Shown one piece after another: positions 57,201-64,000 of a stretch of DNA of 64,000 nt. The notes beneath the pieces were generated by a model. It worked only from the letters and a program-made list of their open reading frames with translations, was not told the DNA's origin and ran no database searches. The DNA is from Caecitellus pseudoparvulus (taxonomy: Eukaryota; Protista; Bigyra: Bicosoecida): the NCBI GenBank assembly GCA_965644315.1, contig CBFFRQ010000069.1, forward strand, positions 434,001 through 498,000, written 5' to 3'. The translations under genes and the position numbers were made by a program. Numbering within the stretch: position 1 is the stretch's first letter; every line of letters begins with the position of its first letter.

Positions 57201-57419
57201 GCTGGCCTGGGCGGGCACATCAGCGATGTCCGTTGCCGCAGCGCCCAGTGCGGCACAGAGAGCGTGAATGCGAAGTCCCTGTGTGGAGCACTGGCAATGC
57301 ATTGCAGATGGGCGTCCACAGGTCGCCTTGGCTGGAAGTCCATGTGGGGCAGGTTGGCCGGCCGGAGGCCCAAGGCCACAGCCAGCGCACAGTGCAGGGC
57401 ATGGGGACGGTAGACAGCG
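54246..57419. mobile_element. Putative non-autonomous TIR element (3174 bp) inserted in the ankyrin gene
   Basis: Perfect 13-bp inverted repeats CGCTGTCTACCGT (54246-54258) and ACGGTAGACAGCG (57407-57419); no recognisable transposase; no clean target-site duplication. Confidence 0.65.
55815..57405. repeat. Tandem array of 3 x 530 bp, near-identical
   Basis: GCCCAGCATGATCGCTGTGGCGG starts at 55815, 56345 and 56875; the array ends 1 bp before the right inverted repeat. Confidence 0.97.
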
Positions 57420-57470
57420 TCTCGCATGCCGCAGGCATGGCCCGGAGGGCCAGAGTATTTTCCACCTCAC

Positions 57471-59451
57471 GATGCCCGCCTAGAGCCAGCAGCTCCCGCA
57501 CCACATCCAAGTGCCCATTCTGACAAGCAAGCCGGAAGCCAGACTCAGGGTTGCCTGCAGGCCCAGCGTGCACATCCACCTCACGATGCCCCTCAAGAGC
57601 CAAAAGTTCTTGCACCACACCCAAATGTCCATTCGCACAGGCAGCTCGGAAGCCGTACTCAGGCCTGCCTTCTGGCCCAGCATGTACATCCACCTCGTGA
57701 TGCCCAGAGAGAGCCAACAGCTTCCGCACTAATTCGACGTTCCCTGCTTTGCACGCCTTCTGGAAGGCAGCCGTCTTTTCTGGGTCAAACTTCGCTGCCT
57801 TGGCAGGCGGACGCTGTCCTGCACCTTGCTCTTCCTGCTCCAGTACACCTAACTGCCTCTCCTTCAACCACGTTCCAATGGCGCTTCCCACACGTTGCAG
57901 TCCTTCATCAGGCGCCCAAAAATCGTCACACGCCATTGCATATGCCCCCGTGCAGCACACCTCACCGCTTTCCATAGCCTCCAGCGCACGCAGCTCCTCC
58001 TGCCCGTCAACCCCACCACTGCACATGAACACCTGCTCCGTACCCCCACTTGCGCACCCCCCGACACCCAGCACACTCCGCACCACGCCTGACACACCCG
58101 CACTCCCACCTCCAACACCCGCACCCTCCCGCCCACCACTCCGCCACACAGCGCCACATGCACTCAACACCACCTCACACCCACCCCCATCCAGTGCCCC
58201 CACCAGATCACTCACACTCCCACTCCCCACATCTACCACCACAAAGCTCCCCACACCCACACCACTCAGCTTCACCCCACATGCCTCCGCCACAGCGCAA
58301 GCCCCCAACACCCGCACGGCCACGCGCTGCTTCGCTTCCAGCCCAACATCGCCCCATGCTTCATCGTCCACGAACGTGCCCAACGGCCACCCTTTCTCGC
58401 ACTGCAACTGCACTGCAATCGTGCTTTGCTCCCCGACTGGTTCATCAGCTCCAACGTCGATGCAAGCATGCTTCACCGCCACTCGGCGCGGTTGCTGCGC
58501 CATCCGAGGCAGCCCCAGTTTGACTCGTATGCCTTCAGCGCGTTTCAGGCTCGCCACGCTCCCGCTCAACACACCCGCACCAACACTCAGCACCGACGCC
58601 CACTCCTCAACGTCCACGGTGGTTGTGTCAGGTTTTGGGGCGATGTGACTCTCAACCATGCACACGCTTGCTTCCGCGCTGTTCTTGAACACAACACTCT
58701 CTGGAGCATCAGTACCAGACACTGGCACCAACTTCCGACCAGCGATCCCGACACCACACCCCAGCAGCCCGCGCAGCCCTTCCACCGCACTCGCAGCACT
58801 CTCCAAGTGCTTCGCAGCACTCTCACTCGTCAGATCGCCTGCCGCCTCGCCTCGCAGCCAACCAGCCTGCTGCCGCATGCCAGCCAGGGCCGCATCCATC
58901 GCAGCCTCGCCACCGGCATCATGTGTGACAGGGCCACCCGCACCAGCCACATCCACCCCCCCCTCCTCAAAACCTTGCCACCATCGCGTCAGATCAGCCA
59001 GCGCACCCTCCACGTTCACACCGCTCCGCACACTGCCCCAAGCACCCACAATGGCGCCCCACAGTGCGTCACCCTCCGGCACTGCATCAACACTCACACC
59101 AGATACCGCCTGATGCAGCACATCCACCGCGCAGAAGCACCGGAACGACAAGTACTGCAGCGCAGCACACACGCCACCTCGCTCATGCTGCCCCGCCAAC
59201 AGCCCAGCTTGCTCCAACAGCGCACTCCCTGCATCACGCAGTGCAGCCTCCAGCTCCACCAGGCTCATGGCCGATGGGGCATCATCGCCTGCATCAGTCG
59301 GCTCGCCACGCAAAATGGCTGCCAGTCCTCTCAGTGCTGGGCCGTGGTCCATGACGCTGCCTGGCAAGCACTTCATCTTGCCCAAGCATGCCGCCACCAC
59401 CCCAGCATTGAAGTCCTTGATGTCGGGGCTACCTCCTCCGGGCCCTTCCAT
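57471..59451 (-). CDS. N-terminal part of the ankyrin protein: uncharacterised helical/Gly-Val-rich region plus 3 ankyrin units
   Basis: ATG at 59451; ends with the same 38-aa repeats; repeat similarity stops at REV (about 57462) and the unspliced ORF runs on into the 530-bp array to 57220. Confidence 0.75.
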
Positions 59452-60236
59452 TCTCTCGCCAGATGCAGCTGCCTGTGCAATAGGTGTGCATCAAGAAGGC
59501 GGAATGCGAGCACGTCCATGCGATGTGCCTTTCGACAAGTACTAGCTTCAACGACACAAGGCGCTCGTCCGAACGCACCATCGCGATAGATGTCCAGCTA
59601 CGCTGGCTTGTGTTCTAGTCGACTTGGTACAACACTTCGATAAAGCTCAAGCCGAGCTCGCAGACCTTGAGTGCGGTGGACGCTGCACAATCGCGTTGCA
59701 GTGCACAAGGTCAACTTCCGCACCAAGCCAAGCTTGCCTCACTCTCACGAGTGGAGGTCAGGCTTCCGAAGAATGCAGCGACAAGTCACACCCATTTTGA
59801 CCCAGGCACATGTCGCATCGACAATAGTGGGAATAGAGGCAGCTCCCAGCTTGTCGCGTTGTTTGTGTTGAGGCTCGCAGCAGGCTGGCTGGCTCCAAAT
59901 GGGCAGAGCTGCTGACAAGGCAGAGCCGCCACTCAGGGCCTTGCCCGCAATTTTCAGACCCGCTTTCATGTTCTACCTACCCAAGTACTAGTAATCAACC
60001 TTTATAGCTTCCATGGGGCTGGACAGACACGTGACAAAGTCGCCCAGGGCAGTTTGGGGCCGGTCCATTGTCGCTTGGGTGCCCAAGTGGAGCGGCTCCG
60101 TCATGTCGCTCGCCGCAATTCCTGGCACAAGCCCGTGATTCCACGCCTTGCCACACGGGGCAAATCCGACACATGCCACCCTTTGTTGTCTTCAACCGAG
60201 TAGCGAGTGCCGGGGGCTCGTGCATGTGGTGCATTC

Positions 60237-63200
60237 TCAGCGGTGCAGTGAGCCAGCCTGGATCTTCGCCGCTTCCGCGTCTGAGAAGGCTACACGCGCC
60301 AGGCCGGGATTCTGCACGCTATCTGCATGTTCATCCTCTTGCAGGCGCACTGTCCGACTCAAGGTGGGGGCAGCTGAGGCTGCCGAGCCAGCTTCCACCA
60401 TGACTGACGGTCTTGCGGTCGTCACCAGCGGACTTGGCGCCGCCTCTCCTTGGGCAAGCTGCGGCACAGCGCCTGCAGGGAGACTGCTTTCATCCACTGT
60501 GGCACGCTGAACACGCTGTGCAACGTCCCAGGCAGAGGCTTCTTCAACCGGCGTCGGCTGTCGCCGAGATGGGCTGCCAGTGCTTCGAGGACTGAAGCCG
60601 CCTGCGGACCCCTGCCGTGGACTGCTGGCCAGGGCACGGCGCTTGAGCGCATGGTACAGGAGGTCCAGGAGAGCGTCCAACTTTTCTGCCAGGGGGCGCG
60701 TCTTGGGGGCGTGCCATTGCCCACTTGGTCGGCGGCGGGGCGCCCGCTGCTCGGCTGCGAGCTTCTCAACGTAGGCATGGGGAGCAGAGACTCCTTCGTC
60801 TGCCAGGTCCTGGGGTGTTGGGAGGGACATGCTGTCAGCTGCTCGGCAACAGGCCTCCAGGAAGTCTTCAAAGGCCAAACGAGAGGCGGGGGAGGTCGGG
60901 TCCCAGTCGTTGGCAACCCGCAGTCGCGACCAGACGAAGGATAGCATCGCGTCTCGCTTGGTGTAGTTGTCGTCCAGCAGCCCCGCGGCCTTCAGCATGG
61001 ACGTCCAGCCAGAGGTGGACATGAGGATGCGGGGAGCGACACGGCCAGACTCTTCGTCCACTACCTCCGTGGCCATGATGGAGCGGTCAGAGAACATCTC
61101 GTGCAGTCGCCGCAGCATGGGCAGGTGGCGAGTCAGGGCGTCGTTCACGTCCAGGTTGTAGATGCGTGCTGCGCGATATTCGTCCCCACACTCCTCGAAG
61201 AACGGATGCAGTTGATCGTGCATGTCCTCTTGGATGAAGCGGGTCAGGGCAGCCCCCCAAGACGGCGCCCCTCCGTCCAGACCCGCTCGCACGTACTTGG
61301 CGTGGGCGATGCGCGCAATGGCTTCCAGGAACTGCCACCGTGTCAGCTCCTTGTCCTTCATGGCGGCAACTGTGCCCTGGGACGCCTTGGCCCCCACGCA
61401 GAGTTGGATGAAGATGGTGTCCAAGTCACTGACCTTGAACTCCTCCGCGGTGTTGTCCATCAGGCCCGTGCTCTTCAGGAACGCGGAGAAGGCGTGCCAG
61501 GTCATGGTGAACGTGTCATGGGCGCTCTCCAAGGCACAGAAGAACTCCATCACGTCGGCGATATACTCGTACTCTTGCTCCAGGATTCCCCGCACGACCT
61601 CCAACTCCTCCTCCACGGTCCCGGTGCTGCCGAAGCGCCGGGCTGACACTTCTGCGAAGCGTGCCAGCGCCCCCCGGGCCAGAACGCGGTCCCAGTCGTA
61701 CTCGAAGGCTTTCGCAATGACTCGTGGTCTGTGGTAGTAGTCTCGGTGCTCGTTCGTTGCGGTGCGGCCGGCAAAGACACTTTCCACCTTCTGCTGCACA
61801 ACTTCCACCCGCGGGCCGGTCGGGGGCAAGTCCTCAACCCGGGGCACGGGGTCCATGAGCAGTCGCAGGCGGCATTGCTGCACCTGTCGCTTTCCAGGGG
61901 TCATGCCCTGCGTCCAGCCACGCGCGCCCCACACCCCACCACGCCTAGCGAGGTCCAGTGGTCCCGCCATGCGGGTCGTGGAGACAGCGGCAAAGTCACC
62001 TGCGGCTTCCTGGGACCCATCTGCCTCTTCATCATCTAAGCCTTGCCCTCCGTCCGGAAGGAAGCGGTTCAGTGCTGTGCAGGGAGCAATGGGTGCGGGG
62101 ATGCGCGGGTACCCCCGCTGAGCAATGTCAGCAAGTGCCAGGGGCGGGGCGGGGGGCGGCCCACTGTCCATGTACAGTGCGGTGTGCATGTCTGTGCTGA
62201 AATGCCAGTGCACGGCGCCCCCATCTGGCAGCGTGTGGGAGGGAAAGAGCCCTTTGCTCACCCCACCGCCAGTGCTCTTCCATGCAAACAGCCGCCCCAT
62301 GCGCTTTGAGCTCTCCCCAGGCAGAGCTTTGCTGTCCTCATCTTCTGTGGAAGTGCCCTCCATCACCACCGCATCAAGACCTGGGTGCCCAGTCAGCCCA
62401 GGCTGCACCTTGCCAAACGTGAAGGCTTGGCTGAAGCCGGGCCTGGCCAAGGACACGGTGACTTGGTGTTCTTGGTGCCATGCAGCGGGTGCCGCGAGCT
62501 CTGCATCTGTTCCGGCCTTGCCCGGCGTCGGGCTTGTCTGATATTTGCGGGTCACGCGCGACGAGCCTTGGGTAAGCCGCATGAGGGCGTCTGTGTCCGC
62601 TTTGGCCAAGGCGCTGCGCTTGGCATGCAGCGCAGCATTTTCCACTGTCCCAGCAGTCGCTCCAAGTGCGGCAGCGCGAGGGGACGTGCTGAAGCGGTTT
62701 TCACGCATGCCCCCCGGCACTGTTCCCGCCAGCAAGGTGGACGCCCCCTCGGTGCGCAGGCGGAGCACGTGTGCGAGCATGTCGCTGTGCACCCGCTGGC
62801 TCGCAGCAGTCCTTGCCCCTTGCTCGGTTGCCTCATCAAAGAAGGTCACCTCTTCGTTATCGTACACTGTGGCCAGCAAGACGCGACCAGGTCTTTGTGG
62901 ACTGCCTGCACCACCCCCTGCGGACCTACGGGTTGAGCTGCTGGCATCACCAGGGGGCAGCGTCGGGCCCGTGATTGGGTTGGACACCAGCGCTTGAGCG
63001 GAAGGCGCTTGTGCAGCGTCCGCATCCACCGTCACTCGAACGTACTCAAAGCCCCCACGGGAATCTCGGCGTGGCGGCTGCCGTGTACCTTGCTGCTGCG
63101 CATCGCGCTCCACAGCTGCCATGACGAAGGTTTTCGTCGTGGCCGAGGCCAACTCGCGGCCCAGCTGGTCCCGAACAACGGCACCCGTGATCATGGGCGA

Positions 63201-63917
63201 CCAGCGTTCCCTGGAAGTGTACGCGTAGTTGAACTCGCGCTCTGAAGCCAGGGCTGACTGGGGTTCTGACGCGCCTTCGTCTGCTCGCCCTGGGCGATGT
63301 GGCCCTGCAGAGGATGGTCGGCGGCGCTGGGCTGACTGCGGTCGCCGGCGTCGTGCTGAGTGGCCAGGGGAAGCCCGGAGCGGCGACGACGCTCCAGGGG
63401 GTGCGGGTCGCCGTTGAGATTGTGGACCTGGGTGCTGTGTCCCGTCGCAGTCTGCCGAGAAGTAGGCGAGGGCGGAGGACATCTCAGGCACAGTCTGCCC
63501 CAGGCCCAGGCCCAGGCCAGGCTTCATGCGCATGTACTTCTGCAGCGCAGCCTCCTCGGGGTCGTCCACCAGGGAGCCTGTGTGGTGCTCGGGTCCACCT
63601 CCCACCTCACGCTCCACGTCATTGGCGGCCTCGTCCGCTTCGAGTTGGACGGCATAGGATGTCCCACGTGCGGGCGCCTTCTTGGTGGTCGCCCTGGACA
63701 GCAACCCCCACAGCCTCTTCACGCCTGCGGCAGCACTTGGTGGGGCGGAGCGACTCCGTGGCGTGCTCACAGATGGGACAGGGTTGGACCCATACGTGAT
63801 GTGCGGCGGTTCAGGACCCTGGCGCTGGCGCTTCTCCGTTCCTTGCCTGTGTGCGGCGGAAATCAGAGCCGCCACCTCTTCTTCGCTGTCCACGCTTGCG
63901 TCGTCCGCCGCCAGCAT
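60237..63917 (-). CDS. Large hypothetical protein with C-terminal EF-hand-like helical repeats (start uncertain)
   Basis: 1200-aa ORF; repeated motifs MTWHAFSAFL..TGL, LTRWQFLEAIARIA, MSTSGWTSML..AGL and LAFEDFLEACCRAA. Confidence 0.65.
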   Translation of the reverse strand: MLAADDASVDSEEEVAALISAAHRQGTEKRQRQGPEPPHITYGSNPVPSVSTPRSRSAPPSAAAGVKRLWGLLSRATTKKAPARGTSYAVQLEADEAANDVEREVGGGPEHHTGSLVDDPEEAALQKYMRMKPGLGLGLGQTVPEMSSALAYFSADCDGTQHPGPQSQRRPAPPGASSPLRASPGHSARRRRPQSAQRRRPSSAGPHRPGRADEGASEPQSALASEREFNYAYTSRERWSPMITGAVVRDQLGRELASATTKTFVMAAVERDAQQQGTRQPPRRDSRGGFEYVRVTVDADAAQAPSAQALVSNPITGPTLPPGDASSSTRRSAGGGAGSPQRPGRVLLATVYDNEEVTFFDEATEQGARTAASQRVHSDMLAHVLRLRTEGASTLLAGTVPGGMRENRFSTSPRAAALGATAGTVENAALHAKRSALAKADTDALMRLTQGSSRVTRKYQTSPTPGKAGTDAELAAPAAWHQEHQVTVSLARPGFSQAFTFGKVQPGLTGHPGLDAVVMEGTSTEDEDSKALPGESSKRMGRLFAWKSTGGGVSKGLFPSHTLPDGGAVHWHFSTDMHTALYMDSGPPPAPPLALADIAQRGYPRIPAPIAPCTALNRFLPDGGQGLDDEEADGSQEAAGDFAAVSTTRMAGPLDLARRGGVWGARGWTQGMTPGKRQVQQCRLRLLMDPVPRVEDLPPTGPRVEVVQQKVESVFAGRTATNEHRDYYHRPRVIAKAFEYDWDRVLARGALARFAEVSARRFGSTGTVEEELEVVRGILEQEYEYIADVMEFFCALESAHDTFTMTWHAFSAFLKSTGLMDNTAEEFKVSDLDTIFIQLCVGAKASQGTVAAMKDKELTRWQFLEAIARIAHAKYVRAGLDGGAPSWGAALTRFIQEDMHDQLHPFFEECGDEYRAARIYNLDVNDALTRHLPMLRRLHEMFSDRSIMATEVVDEESGRVAPRILMSTSGWTSMLKAAGLLDDNYTKRDAMLSFVWSRLRVANDWDPTSPASRLAFEDFLEACCRAADSMSLPTPQDLADEGVSAPHAYVEKLAAEQRAPRRRPSGQWHAPKTRPLAEKLDALLDLLYHALKRRALASSPRQGSAGGFSPRSTGSPSRRQPTPVEEASAWDVAQRVQRATVDESSLPAGAVPQLAQGEAAPSPLVTTARPSVMVEAGSAASAAPTLSRTVRLQEDEHADSVQNPGLARVAFSDAEAAKIQAGSLHR

Positions 63918-64000
63918 GCTCGGGAGAGACACAATGATCCCAGAACGCGGAGGCGCATGGACATCTGCCTTGCGTGGCTTGCTGGAGGGGGGCCGCCCGT

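Noticed and set aside
55815-57405. CRISPR-like array or repeated small genes
   Set aside because: The units are contiguous with no unique spacers; the many ORFs are frame-shifting copies with no recognisable protein features

Overview
Gene-dense, GC-rich eukaryotic nuclear DNA from a flagellated protist (a RIB43A gene is present; a stramenopile affinity is a low-confidence guess). It carries about 24 tightly packed genes with short GT-AG introns (~60-130 nt). Most are housekeeping: RPN5, RPN10, a GUP1-like MBOAT, NDP-glucose 4,6-dehydratase, xylulokinase, NDUFAF8, chorismate synthase, PPCS, F-box/JmjC, a TmcB-like PAS protein, a Clu-domain protein, HID1, a USP and TMEM209. Four things stand out. 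(1) At 51.5-59.5 kb a gene built from 38-aa ankyrin repeats with hypervariable loops is split in register by a ~3.2 kb element. The element has 13-bp terminal inverted repeats and an internal 3 x 530-bp array, and its end supplies a branch point and 3' splice site that would restore the reading frame (a giant introner-like candidate). (2) The hexamer AATGCA follows the stop codon of 18 of 24 genes on the sense strand and is shared as the palindrome AATGCATT by convergent genes, making it a candidate non-canonical poly(A) signal. (3) A BRCT-Myb-RCT protein looks like telomeric Rap1. (4) An intron-containing gene fuses DUF442 to persulfide dioxygenase (Blh-type). All calls come from reading motifs by eye; no database searches were run.
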